64,000 bases of DNA, taken from NCBI GenBank assembly GCA_021205695.1, contig JAJPXB010000029.1, positions 5,582 to 69,581 on the forward strand, in the 5' to 3' direction. A program made the position numbers and the translations under genes. The DNA is from Clostridiales bacterium. Its GTDB lineage: Bacteria > Bacillota > Clostridia > Oscillospirales > Oscillospiraceae. Under the pieces are notes generated by a model. That model saw only the letters and a program-made list of their open reading frames with translations, was not told the origin of the DNA and searched no databases. Of the stretch, positions 45,001-53,499 are shown piece by piece (the first letter of the stretch is position 1; each line of letters begins with the position of its first letter).

Positions 45001-45067
45001 AAAGATCCAGCTTAAGGAAAAAGCGGTCAAGGCAAAGAAAAAGCCTGAGGATGACGACGAGTACTAA
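42017..45067 (+). CDS. Glycoside hydrolase family 3 protein (domain-permuted; N- and C-terminal TM segments)
   Basis: 1016 aa. GH3 C-terminal-domain motifs (GEVNPSGHL, GYGLSYTTF) and an Fn3-like segment lie in the first half. Barrel-domain motifs (KHYALNEQE, GFTGTIITDAGG) lie in the second half. Hydrophobic helices are at aa ~10-30 and ~965-990. Confidence 0.88.
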   Translation: MNRAKKRTISITAVIAVVLVLMIVLTTAANYYSEYLDQFLGSGEQIVSSSSEDLDAEYIEYEATSDSESREIAAEVTLQTAEEGIVLLRNDEKEDGVNGKALPLVSSADEASSKKVTILGYYSWHNNMAGGEDPATTDGAVSIGVGLAEYFDTNEAVTEIYANATGDFDDPAAALDGVSDTFAEYDVAVITITRNSGEGNDQERDLGEAEYNRTGLSLKNAELALIDYACKNFNEVIIVINSANTMELGFLDVDDENYSEDGMYTDPYSGNTYDFSKIVGAYWAGSCGSQGGIALAEILCGEVNPSGHLSDTHARYLRDDPTYYNFGNFEYTNTEDLDTYQDASVYFVEYEEGIYVGYRYYETAAYEASQGNYDGYDYDTAVVYPFGYGLSYTTFDMEYDDEPTYDEETQEYTFNVKITNTGAVSGKGVAQIYVSTPWEEGQVEKSHVVLVGFAKTQELEPGESEVVTITVSRDYFTSYDYITEKAYILDAGDYTFYLSENSHSWAEIDENDSTKVWTQTIEKKLVYNEDGEGARSTDEIVATNVMDDETNYKFVSYDEGYTGDGYIHSFTRADFAGSFPTAPEGDDYLLTDERAIEQIEVYDVWDESQNEITEMPETDTDETSYTLADMRGVDFDDPKWDDYINQFTVESMAYMFMNGGWNEMADTDNGVPISYDADSPYGFYAGQLQISIYERNVWYCGAPMVAATFNTELCYELGQAFGEEAYQFKQEDGQPITGLYGYGMNTHRSAFGGRNYEYYSEDPLLSGKMGAAEASGASEKGLIVFMKHYALNEQELNRQNNGYCSWCDEQTFREIYNKSFEIYMKEATMTVNYYEVNEDTGEYEMVSKEMSAATGLMTSYNRIGATYSSASPVINTILRQECGFTGTIITDAGGEPNSYMTTDYALRRGTNLTLTNNGTNGLYDTSSATAVYWLKQSTKYLLYNKANSNAVQGMAPGDIITYTTSPWRIGLYIAWAVVAAACAAGIVYCIMLNTGKIQLKEKAVKAKKKPEDDDEY

Positions 45068-45418
45068 TTGGACATGGCCCCCAGCCGGGCGGCCTGACCT
45101 ATAAACCTCCTTCCCAAGCATCCCTAAGCAGGCGACAGCCCCGGGCAGAAATGTCCGGGGCTGCCCGCACTTCCACTGATACCGTTGGTAAAATGTGACT
45201 TTTGCCTGCATTCTCTCTTCCCTTTTTGCAAAAGGTCATGTAAAATACCATTATCAGAATCAGAGAGAGCGAGGTTCGGATATATGATGGGGTTTTTAGA
45301 TATTATTGTAGAATATTTTCAGATCAAGGCGGATGCCGCCCTCTGATTTGAATTCCTGTGCGCTGCTGTGTTCACAGTCGTGGCCTTGGGGCCGGGGCTG
45401 AGCAGCCGGAGAGAGGTA

Positions 45419-46714
45419 ATGAAGCGGACGGGAGAGGGCCTTGCCCTGATAGTGCTGTTTCTGGCAATCAACCTGGGAATGACGATCCTCTCCCGGTACT
45501 ACTCATATTTAGCCGGAGTCGGCACATGGATCGCTTATTTGGCAGGAATCATCTCCTATGCAGTCTTTCGGTGCCCCTATCAGACCAACGAAAAAATCGT
45601 CACGGCGTCGGCGGTATCCTCTCTGACGCTCCTGGTGGTGGAGCTGGGGGGTACGGTGGGCTCTGGGCTGGAGTACTGCTATGGTGTGGACAGCCTGTTT
45701 ATCAAGATGGCGGGCTCTCTGCTCCTCCTGGTGAGTGCGGTCATTTTACAGATGAATCCGGTCTCCGACTACTATGTCAGCGTCCACAATGTCCGCATGA
45801 ATCTGACCTGTACGGCGCTGTCCGCAGTTGCGGCGGCATTTTTCGACACCTATTCCGTCTATGCCCGCCCTCGGAATGACCTGGCAACCTGGCTGCTGCT
45901 GGCATCGGTATTCCTTGCCATCCTATACGTCCTGGATCTGGTCTGCTATCTGCAAACCTGGTCTCTGAGCCGGGAGCAGACCAATGTGCTGGAACTGACC
46001 GCCACCGCACAGATGAATAAGAGCGCTGCCCAGATGCTGACGGTGTCGGAGCACAATCTGAACGAGCTGCGCAAGATACGCCACGACCTGGACAATCAGT
46101 ACCTGTATATGCAGGTCCTGCTGCGGAACAGGGATTACGACGGACTGAACGACTACTTCGCGGAGCTGCTGGGGAGCTTCTCTGTCCCCCTGGTGTCCTA
46201 TCTGGACTGCGGGAACTGGGTGCTCAACGCCATCCTCAATATGGAAAACGCCAAGGCCCAGGAGATGGGGGTCGTACTGGACCCGGTGGTGGCTGTCCCG
46301 GAGACGCTGCCCTTCCGGGAGGTGGATCTTTGCAACCTGCTGTCTAATGTGATCGACAATGCGATGGAGGCCTGCGTTGCGGAGCATACGGAAAAACCCG
46401 TGGTTTCTATTGTCCTTCGGCTTGAACAGGACTACCTCTATGGGAAGATCGTCAATCCAACAAAAAAGTCACAGGCATTCCTGGAGCACCCGGTGACGAC
46501 CACCAAGGAGGATCAACTGCATCATGGTAAAGGTATGTCTATCGTTCGGAGCATCGTCCAGAAGTATAATGGACATATGTCTAATCAGATTGAGGACAAT
46601 ATGTTCCGCGTGGAATTCCTGTTGGACATGAGTGCAGGGGAAGCGCAAAACACGATGACAGACCAGGCTGAGGAGACGAAGGCCAATGCAAGGCCAGGAG
46701 GTGACTCACAATGA
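45419..46714 (+). CDS. AgrC-like GHKL sensor histidine kinase (N-terminus possibly truncated by an in-frame stop at 45344)
   Basis: ATG 45419 follows GAGAGAGG (the track uses GTG 45368). A multi-TM N-terminus is followed by the H-box RKIRHDLDNQ, the N box LLSNVIDNAMEA and the G box HHGKGMSIV. Confidence 0.85.
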   Translation: MKRTGEGLALIVLFLAINLGMTILSRYYSYLAGVGTWIAYLAGIISYAVFRCPYQTNEKIVTASAVSSLTLLVVELGGTVGSGLEYCYGVDSLFIKMAGSLLLLVSAVILQMNPVSDYYVSVHNVRMNLTCTALSAVAAAFFDTYSVYARPRNDLATWLLLASVFLAILYVLDLVCYLQTWSLSREQTNVLELTATAQMNKSAAQMLTVSEHNLNELRKIRHDLDNQYLYMQVLLRNRDYDGLNDYFAELLGSFSVPLVSYLDCGNWVLNAILNMENAKAQEMGVVLDPVVAVPETLPFREVDLCNLLSNVIDNAMEACVAEHTEKPVVSIVLRLEQDYLYGKIVNPTKKSQAFLEHPVTTTKEDQLHHGKGMSIVRSIVQKYNGHMSNQIEDNMFRVEFLLDMSAGEAQNTMTDQAEETKANARPGGDSQ

Positions 46715-47460
46715 GAAGCAAGGTTCGAGTTGCAGTCTGCGACGATGAGAGCAGGGCAGTCTCTATTATTTCGGCTTCGGTAGAGTCTTTATTTCGGGAA
46801 ATGGGAATAGAGCCGTGGACGGAATCGTTCCGCAGTGCAGGAGATCTGATGGAGCGGTCAAAAACGGGACGTTTTGACCTGATTTTCCTGGACATCAGTA
46901 TGCCAGGAATGGACGGCATTCAGGCCGGACAGGCACTGACTGAGTTAGGAGTTACAGCAAAGGTTGTCTTTGTATCCAGCCGCCTGGACAGGGTTTATGA
47001 TACCTTCGCTGTCCAGCCTTTCGGATTTGTCCGAAAGAATCATTTCCTGGACGACATTACCGAGGTTGTCACCCGTTTTGCAGCCATGCTACAGGAGGAT
47101 GAGCTCCAGGATCGGGTCCATTTTAAGACGCAACAGGGCACGGTGACGCTGGACGCATCCAAGGTGCGGTATATTGAAAGCAATAAAAATGTACAGGTTT
47201 TTCATATGGACGGGAAGCCGGAGGAGTATCGGATCTATTCCCGGATGGAGACGCTGGAAGAGGAATTGGAGCCCTTCGGCTTTCTTCGCATCCATAAGGG
47301 CTATCTGGCCAACTGCCGCTATATCCGCCGGTTCAACAGCCAGACGGTCGTTCTGACCACCGGCGAGGAGCTTCCAGTAGGCCGGAGCCACCGTCAGACG
47401 GCGATGGGTGCCTACCTCTCCTTTATCGGAAGCCATGGCTCGACAATAATCGGAAAGTAA
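46711..47460 (+). CDS. LytR/AlgR-family response regulator (receiver + LytTR)
   Basis: 249 aa. The receiver shows VAVCDDE...DLIFLDISMPGMDG. The LytTR domain shows VRYIESNKNVQVFHMDG...FLRIHKGYLAN. It overlaps the kinase stop by 4 nt. Confidence 0.9.
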   Translation: MRSKVRVAVCDDESRAVSIISASVESLFREMGIEPWTESFRSAGDLMERSKTGRFDLIFLDISMPGMDGIQAGQALTELGVTAKVVFVSSRLDRVYDTFAVQPFGFVRKNHFLDDITEVVTRFAAMLQEDELQDRVHFKTQQGTVTLDASKVRYIESNKNVQVFHMDGKPEEYRIYSRMETLEEELEPFGFLRIHKGYLANCRYIRRFNSQTVVLTTGEELPVGRSHRQTAMGAYLSFIGSHGSTIIGK

Positions 47461-47483
47461 CAGCATCGTCCCGCGGGACGGCA

Positions 47484-47518
47484 GGAGCGGCTGGCAGCAA
47501 TTTTGCGCCAGCCGCTCC
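47484..47518 (+). terminator. Hairpin terminator after the LytTR regulator
   Basis: 12-bp stem GGAGCGGCTGGC/GCCAGCCGCTCC with an 11-nt loop, 24 nt after the stop. Only TT follows. Confidence 0.5.
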
Positions 47519-48101
47519 TTGACTGATATGGGGTGTCTTCTTTATCATCGTATATCAATGGCAAACAAGAACTGCTTTAATTCTACGGCAGTGGAGAAAT
47601 GCCCTTGGCCGAGCCCGCCGGGATTGCTGATTTCAGGTGGATTATCTTAATGACTGAAGTTACCCTTGACAAATTTCATCGTCCAACACCGATAATGTGT
47701 TCTTTTTTGCAGAGGCTTTGAATTTGTCTTATGGGTAACGCCACATCTTTCAGCAGCTTTCTTTGTTGTTATAAAGCCTATTAATTAGGATCATCCATTT
47801 TCCTTTGAATATCATGTCGTCCGATTAGCATACCTAAAACTTTATACATCACCATATGCGAAGAGCCAATTCGTCTCGGCGAAATTTACCTTTTTTGAAG
47901 GAATTACCATTAAACCGGAATGCTCTCTGTTCCGTTTTTTACCTCGTGAAGGCCCCATAAAAATTTTTAATTTCCATATATATGGGTCTATTGGTTGAAC
48001 TGTATGCTGGTAAGTGTAAAGGAAAAGAACAAAGAATAGGTGTACTCCTAAAGAAGTCCTTTCCTCCTTCTCAGAGTGTAAAGAAAGTATGGTTGACAAG
48101 C

Positions 48102-49151
48102 CTACATTTTCGCCAGCAAAAAGCCTACGCCCAGCCACAGGACAGCCCCTGTCCCCACGGACAGGGGGAGAAGGGTGAGCAGATCGACCTCTTGTCCGGC
48201 CAGAGCTGTGGGGAGCAGCCCCGGCATCAGCCACGCGCCCGCCAGGGCCAGCCCGGCGGAAACTGTCCCCTGGAGCAGCTTGGCGCCCAGATAGGGAACC
48301 ATTTGGAGCCCGGAGCCCTCCAGCAGGGCGGCGGTCTGGCAGTGGACTGACAGCCCGCCCCAGCCCAGCAGAAAAGCGCAGACGGCCAGGCCCAGAGGCG
48401 ACTGGGACCAGTTCTCCAGCGCACAGACCCCGTTGGAAAGCTCCAGCACGCCTGACAAAAGAGGGGAGAGGAGGGAGCCGGATATGGCAGAGGGCCAGGG
48501 AAGCGCCTGGAGCAGACCGATAACAATGTTGAACAGCACCACATAGGCGGAGACCTGGAGAGAGGCGGTCAGGGCCTGCTTCACCGCTTGGGGCAGCAGA
48601 GCGGCGGAAGGCGTGGGGGCCGCCTCCTTCAGACGGCGCCTGCCTGCGGAGGGCGGCGGCGCACCCCGCAGAAGCAGCCCCACAACCAGAGCAGACAGGA
48701 TGTGAACGGTCAGCAGGAAAACGCCGGCGGCGATGCTGCTAAAGACGGCGCTCCCCGCCACGGCCAGGATGAAGGCGGGGCCGGAGTTGTTGCAGAAGCA
48801 GAGCAGCCGCTGGGCCTCCTCCCGGGAGAGAAGCCCCTCGTCCAACAGTGTCCGGGCGGTCTCCGCTCCCACCGGGTAGCCGCCAAGAGCACCCAGTGCC
48901 AGGGCGGCGCTCCCTGCGCCGCTCACATGAAAGAGCGGCTCCATTACCGGGTCAAGCAGCCTTGCCAGCCGTTGCCCCAGACCCAGACGGACGGCCAGGC
49001 CGGACAGGACAAAATAGGGAAACAGGGCGGGGAGGATCACCTCTCCGCACAGAGCCAGTCCCGCCCGGGCGGCGTCGCCGCCCGCCTGGGGAAACAGCAG
49101 CAGCGCCAGGGCAAATACGACGACTGCCCCGGCTATCAGCCTTCGAGCCAT
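48102..49151 (-). CDS. ylbJ: Sporulation integral membrane protein YlbJ (nucleoside-recognition-domain family)
   Basis: The real start is ATG 49151 (MARRLIAGAVV...) after GGGAGGTGA; the 686-aa track ORF is over-extended. The protein is polytopic, with LPALFPYFVLSGL and FCNNSGPAFI segments. Confidence 0.7.
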   Translation of the reverse strand: MARRLIAGAVVVFALALLLFPQAGGDAARAGLALCGEVILPALFPYFVLSGLAVRLGLGQRLARLLDPVMEPLFHVSGAGSAALALGALGGYPVGAETARTLLDEGLLSREEAQRLLCFCNNSGPAFILAVAGSAVFSSIAAGVFLLTVHILSALVVGLLLRGAPPPSAGRRRLKEAAPTPSAALLPQAVKQALTASLQVSAYVVLFNIVIGLLQALPWPSAISGSLLSPLLSGVLELSNGVCALENWSQSPLGLAVCAFLLGWGGLSVHCQTAALLEGSGLQMVPYLGAKLLQGTVSAGLALAGAWLMPGLLPTALAGQEVDLLTLLPLSVGTGAVLWLGVGFLLAKM

Positions 49152-49262
49152 GGCCTCACCTCCCTTGTCCCACAGCCTATGTCGGGAAAGGCTGGGATAG
49201 ACCAAACGGGAAAAGAGTGATATAATGAGACAACCTGCAAAACGGGAAAGGAGGGGGAGTCT

Positions 49263-49997
49263 GTGGACAGAAGATACCACCTGCTCGACGGCATCCGGGG
49301 ACTGGCAGTGGTCAATATGGTGGCCTACCACTTTCTCTTTGACGTTTTCATCATTCAGGGTTTCCAGCCCGGCTGGCGGAGCATCCCCGCCGTACACATC
49401 TGGCAGCAGTGTATCTGCTGGACGTTCATCCTCGTCTCCGGAATCTCCTGGAATCTGGGCAGTCACCGGCTGAGAAACGGTCTGCTCATCAACGGCTGCG
49501 GCATTCTGGTGACAGTCGTGACCCTGATCGCCGAGCCGGATCAGGCGATCTGGTACGGGGTGCTGACGCTGTTGGGCTGTGCTCTGTTGCTGGCGACGGC
49601 ATTGCGGCCACTGCTGGAAAGGATACCGGCCATTCCAGGAGCGGCGGTGAGCTTTTTCCTGTTTCTCATCACCCGGACGGTGCAGAACGGCTATCTCTCC
49701 CTGGGCGGACAGGTGCTGCTCCAGCTGCCGGAGTCGCTCTATACCTCTGGCTGGCTGACGGTGCTTGGCTTCCCCGCCTCCGGCTTTTACTCCAGCGACT
49801 ATTTTCCCCTGCTTCCCTGGTTTTTCCTCTACCTCACCGGCCTGTTTCTGGGGCGGCTGCTGCTGAGACGGCCGCCGAAGTGGCTGAAAATGAGGGTGCC
49901 CGGGCTGAGCTGGATAGGGCGGCACAGCCTGATCGTGTATATGCTCCACCAGCCGGTGGCACTGGCATTGTCTATGGCGGTGGCGGCGGTGATGTAG
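49263..49997 (+). CDS. DUF1624 / heparan-alpha-glucosaminide N-acetyltransferase-like membrane protein
   Basis: 244 aa with a GTG start. The N-terminus RYHLLDGIRGLAVVNMVAYHFLFD is typical of the family. Multi-TM. Confidence 0.7.
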   Translation: MDRRYHLLDGIRGLAVVNMVAYHFLFDVFIIQGFQPGWRSIPAVHIWQQCICWTFILVSGISWNLGSHRLRNGLLINGCGILVTVVTLIAEPDQAIWYGVLTLLGCALLLATALRPLLERIPAIPGAAVSFFLFLITRTVQNGYLSLGGQVLLQLPESLYTSGWLTVLGFPASGFYSSDYFPLLPWFFLYLTGLFLGRLLLRRPPKWLKMRVPGLSWIGRHSLIVYMLHQPVALALSMAVAAVM

Positions 49998-50187
49998 GAG
50001 AGCAAAGCGGCAGAGGCGCGGCCTGATCACGCCGACGGTGCGGGTCGGGGACCTGCCGAGCGGGAATACACACCGCGTTGCAGACGATCGCCTGTTTGCC
50101 TGCTGCCGAGAAGACCGGATAATTGCACACCAGACAGAGGGATACACCGACAGACCACCCACATAACTACGGCGTCAGGAGGCACTC

Positions 50188-53100
50188 ATGCTCCACCTCA
50201 TTCTCGGCCGGGCAAAGACCGGCAAAACCGAACAGATCATGCGCACCATCCGCCAGGAGGGAAAATACCGTCCCCAGGTGCTGCTGGTGCCGGAGCAGCT
50301 CTCCCACGATATGGAGCGGCTGCTCTGCGCCCGATGCGGGGCGGAGGCGTCCCGGTATGCGGAGGTGCTGTCCTTTACCCGGCTGGCCCATCGGGTGTTC
50401 ACCCAGGCGGGAGGACTGGCCGCTCCCCAGCTGGACGGGGGCGGCCGGCTGCTGCTCATGAGCCAGGCGGTGGCTGCCGTCAGCGGGAGCCTGCGAGTCT
50501 ATGCCCGCCCCTCCCGGAAGGCCGCCTTTCTGGAGCAGCTGTTGGCCACGGGGGACGAGCTGAAAAGCTACAGTGTCCGCCCCCAGGAGCTGATCCGGGC
50601 AGGAGAGGAGCAGGAAGGGGAGACGGGCGATCGCCTTCGTGACCTGGGCCTGATTCTGGAGACCTATGACGCCATGGTCGCCCAACGGGCGGCGGATCCC
50701 AGAGACCGGCTGACCCGACTGGCGGAGGCCCTGGAGGGCTGCCCCTGGTTCCGGGGGAAGGACGTATATCTGGACGGCTTCACCGACTTCACCCCCCAGC
50801 AGCGGCTGGTGCTCCGGCAGATGCTGGGGCAGGCCAACCGCGTGACGGCCGCCCTGACCTGTGACCGGCTGGAAGAGGGCGAGTCCGTCTTTGCCCCCCA
50901 GCGGCGAACGGCTCTGGAGCTGGCGGCCGTGTGCCGGGAGCTGCACGTCTCCATGGACTACGAGACGCTGACGGAACGAAAGGACGGCGCGGGAGAGGGC
51001 CTGATCGAGCTGGAGCGGCAGCTTTTCTCTGACGAGGCGGTGATGCCCACAGAGGGAGAGGGCGTGTGCCTGTTCACCGGGGAGAACCCCTATGACGAGG
51101 TGGAGTGGACCGCCGGGGAGATTTTGCGCCTGGTGAAAGAACGGGGCTGGCACTTTCGGGACATCGCCGTGGCCGCCCGCACATTGGACCGATACGAGGG
51201 CCCGCTGGAGACAGTGTTTCGCCGGTATCGCATCCCCCTGTTCCTGGGCCGGGTGGAGCCGATACTGGAAAAGCCGGTGTTGACTCTGCTCACCGCCGCC
51301 CTGGACAGCATCCGCAGTCATTATGAGTATGAAGATATATTCCGTTATCTCAAGACCGGGCTCACCGGCCTTGAATGGGAGGAGACAGATCTGCTGGAAA
51401 ACTACGTCCTCCAGTGGGATATCCGGGGCAGCCGATGGAGCCGGGAGGCGGACTGGAGCTGGCACCCCAGAGGCTTCGGCCTGGACTGGGAGGATGCCGA
51501 CCGGGCGCTGCTGGCGCGGCTCAACGAGCTGCGGCGGCGGGTCATCCGCCCGCTGGAGACGTTGGCACAGCACCGGCAGGGCACCGGTGCGGAGCTGGCG
51601 GATGCCCTCTACCAGTTTTTGGAGGAGATCGACCTGCCCCGCCGCCTGACTGAGCGGGCCAACGCCCTCCGGGAGGAGGGAGAGCTGCAGCAGGCGGAGG
51701 AGTACCGGCAGCTGTGGAGCATCCTGCTCCAGGCGCTGGAGCAGTGCTACGATCTGCTGGACGAGCAGGTGATGGAGCTGGACTATTTCTCCGACCTGTT
51801 TCGGCTGGTGCTCAGCCAGTCGTCCGTGAGCGCGATTCCCGTCTCTCTCGACCGGGTGAACGGGGGAGAGATGGCGCGTCTGGCCCACTGCCAGTGCAGG
51901 GCGCTGTTCCTCCTGGGGGTGGACGACGAGCTGTTCCCCCTGATCTCTCAGTCCCCCGGCCTGCTCACCGACGAGGACCGGACGCTGCTCACCGTCCGGG
52001 GGCTGGAGCTGGCCCCCACTGCCGAGCGCCGTCTGGATCGGGAGCAGACCATGGCCTACGACGCCATGACCCGGCCCTCGGAGCTGCTGGTGCTGACCTG
52101 TCCCCGACAGGCGGGGGGCGGGGAGAAACGCCCCGCTGTCCTGTGGCGGCGGGCAGAGGCCCTGTTCCCTGAAGCAGAGCGGGGACAGCGCGACCCCGGC
52201 CTCCGGCTGCTGGCCCCTCTCCCCGCATTGGAGCTGGGGGCGGAGCGCCGGGATAAGGCGGTCATCGATCGCCTGGCGCAGCAGCCCGGCTGGGAGAGTG
52301 TGTCCCGGCGGCTGGAGCAGGCGGCCCGCGCCGATCGGGGCCGACTCAGCCCCCAGGGGGTGCGAGATGTGTACGGCTCCCGGGCCGCGCTTTCCGCCTC
52401 CCGGATGGACAAGCTCAAATCCTGCCACTTCTCCTATTTCTGTCAGTACGGGCTGAAGGCGCAGGCCCGGCGGCGGGCGGGCTTTGACGCGCCTGCCACC
52501 GGCACCTTTGTCCACGCCGTTCTGGAGCAGGTCCTCCAATCGGCCCATGGGGAGGGCGGCGTGGCCCGGCTCACCCAGGAGCGGCGGCGGGCGCTGACCG
52601 CGCAGGCGGTACAGGATTATGTAAACAACCAGCTGGGGGGACTGGAGGATCAGAGCCCACGGCTCCAATACCTCTTCCATCGGATGCTCGCCTCGGTGGA
52701 GCTGATCGTCCAGAACGTGGTGGAGGAGCTCCAGGGCAGCCAGTTCCAGCCCATCGCCTTCGAGTTGGGCTTTGGCCGGGGGAAAGAGCTGCCTCCGGTA
52801 CAGGTGGAGGTGGAGGGCATTACCCTGTCTATCTCCGGCTTTGTAGACCGGGTGGACGGCTGGGAAAAGGACGGACGGCTCTACCTTCGGGTGGTGGACT
52901 ACAAGACGGGGCGCAAGTCCTTCAGCCTCACCGATGTGTGGCACGGGCTGTCCCTGCAAATGCTGCTTTACCTGTTCACCCTCCGGGAGCAGGGAGAGGA
53001 CTACTTCGGACGCCCGGTGGAGTCTGCGGGGGTGCTGTACCTCCCCGCCAGAGACCTGCTCATCCCCGGCAGCCGGGAGATGGACGGAGATGCGAGAAAG

Positions 53101-53499
53101 CGGAAGACGGACAGAGCGCTCCGCCGCTCCGGGCTGCTCCTCCGGGATGAGGAGGTGCTCTGGGCCATGGAGCAGTGGGGGGCGGACGGCCCCCGGTTCC
53201 TCCCCTTCCAGGTCAGCCGGAACGGGGCCATCTCCGGGGACTGCCTGGCCACTGCCGAGCAATGGGGCCGCCTGGAGCGGCGACTGGGCCAGCTCCTCCA
53301 GGAGATGGGCCGGGAGATCGCCCACGGGGACATCGACGCAGACCCCTATCTCAAGGGCGGCGGGGATACCGCCTGCCAGTTCTGCGATTACGCCCAGGCC
53401 TGTCACTTTGAGGAGGGCCGGGGGACGGATCGACGGCGCTGGCTCTATTCGGTACGGGGCAAGGAATTCTGGGAACGGACAGGAGGGGAACAGCAGTGA
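50188..53499 (+). CDS. addB: Helicase-exonuclease AddAB, subunit AddB
   Basis: 1103 aa. The N-terminus shows GRAKTGKT. The C-terminus has a PD-(D/E)XK nuclease with Fe-S cysteines (CQFCDYAQAC). It overlaps the addA start. Confidence 0.92.
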   Translation: MLHLILGRAKTGKTEQIMRTIRQEGKYRPQVLLVPEQLSHDMERLLCARCGAEASRYAEVLSFTRLAHRVFTQAGGLAAPQLDGGGRLLLMSQAVAAVSGSLRVYARPSRKAAFLEQLLATGDELKSYSVRPQELIRAGEEQEGETGDRLRDLGLILETYDAMVAQRAADPRDRLTRLAEALEGCPWFRGKDVYLDGFTDFTPQQRLVLRQMLGQANRVTAALTCDRLEEGESVFAPQRRTALELAAVCRELHVSMDYETLTERKDGAGEGLIELERQLFSDEAVMPTEGEGVCLFTGENPYDEVEWTAGEILRLVKERGWHFRDIAVAARTLDRYEGPLETVFRRYRIPLFLGRVEPILEKPVLTLLTAALDSIRSHYEYEDIFRYLKTGLTGLEWEETDLLENYVLQWDIRGSRWSREADWSWHPRGFGLDWEDADRALLARLNELRRRVIRPLETLAQHRQGTGAELADALYQFLEEIDLPRRLTERANALREEGELQQAEEYRQLWSILLQALEQCYDLLDEQVMELDYFSDLFRLVLSQSSVSAIPVSLDRVNGGEMARLAHCQCRALFLLGVDDELFPLISQSPGLLTDEDRTLLTVRGLELAPTAERRLDREQTMAYDAMTRPSELLVLTCPRQAGGGEKRPAVLWRRAEALFPEAERGQRDPGLRLLAPLPALELGAERRDKAVIDRLAQQPGWESVSRRLEQAARADRGRLSPQGVRDVYGSRAALSASRMDKLKSCHFSYFCQYGLKAQARRRAGFDAPATGTFVHAVLEQVLQSAHGEGGVARLTQERRRALTAQAVQDYVNNQLGGLEDQSPRLQYLFHRMLASVELIVQNVVEELQGSQFQPIAFELGFGRGKELPPVQVEVEGITLSISGFVDRVDGWEKDGRLYLRVVDYKTGRKSFSLTDVWHGLSLQMLLYLFTLREQGEDYFGRPVESAGVLYLPARDLLIPGSREMDGDARKRKTDRALRRSGLLLRDEEVLWAMEQWGADGPRFLPFQVSRNGAISGDCLATAEQWGRLERRLGQLLQEMGREIAHGDIDADPYLKGGGDTACQFCDYAQACHFEEGRGTDRRRWLYSVRGKEFWERTGGEQQ

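Noticed and set aside
42113-45211. 1032-aa ORF antisense to the GH3 gene (also 40033-42105 antisense to the lipoprotein/membrane genes)
   Set aside because: The sense strand carries GH3 signature motifs. The antisense translation is Val/Gly/Leu/His-rich with no recognisable domain.
45344-45346. Selenocysteine or programmed read-through of the in-frame TGA before the AgrC-like kinase
   Set aside because: No SECIS-like hairpin is evident immediately downstream, and a Sec residue in a TM-sensor N-terminus has no precedent that I know of. A nonsense mutation or a separate small ORF is more parsimonious.
47842-48234. 130-aa minus-strand ORF spanning the ylbJ 3' end and the AT-rich scar
   Set aside because: Its upstream half overlaps the 3' end of ylbJ on the same strand in a different reading frame. 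Only its last ~35 codons (GPSRGKKRNREHSG...) look like a gene fragment, so I treat it as scar material rather than a gene.
50167-53406. 1079-aa ORF antisense to addB (also 53445-54821 and 54951-56138 antisense to addA, 57535-59382 antisense to hflX, and 60524-62110 antisense to the NCS2 permease)
   Set aside because: All of these oppose CDSs with strong family motifs and show the Pro/Gly/Leu/His-rich composition of GC-rich antisense frames.
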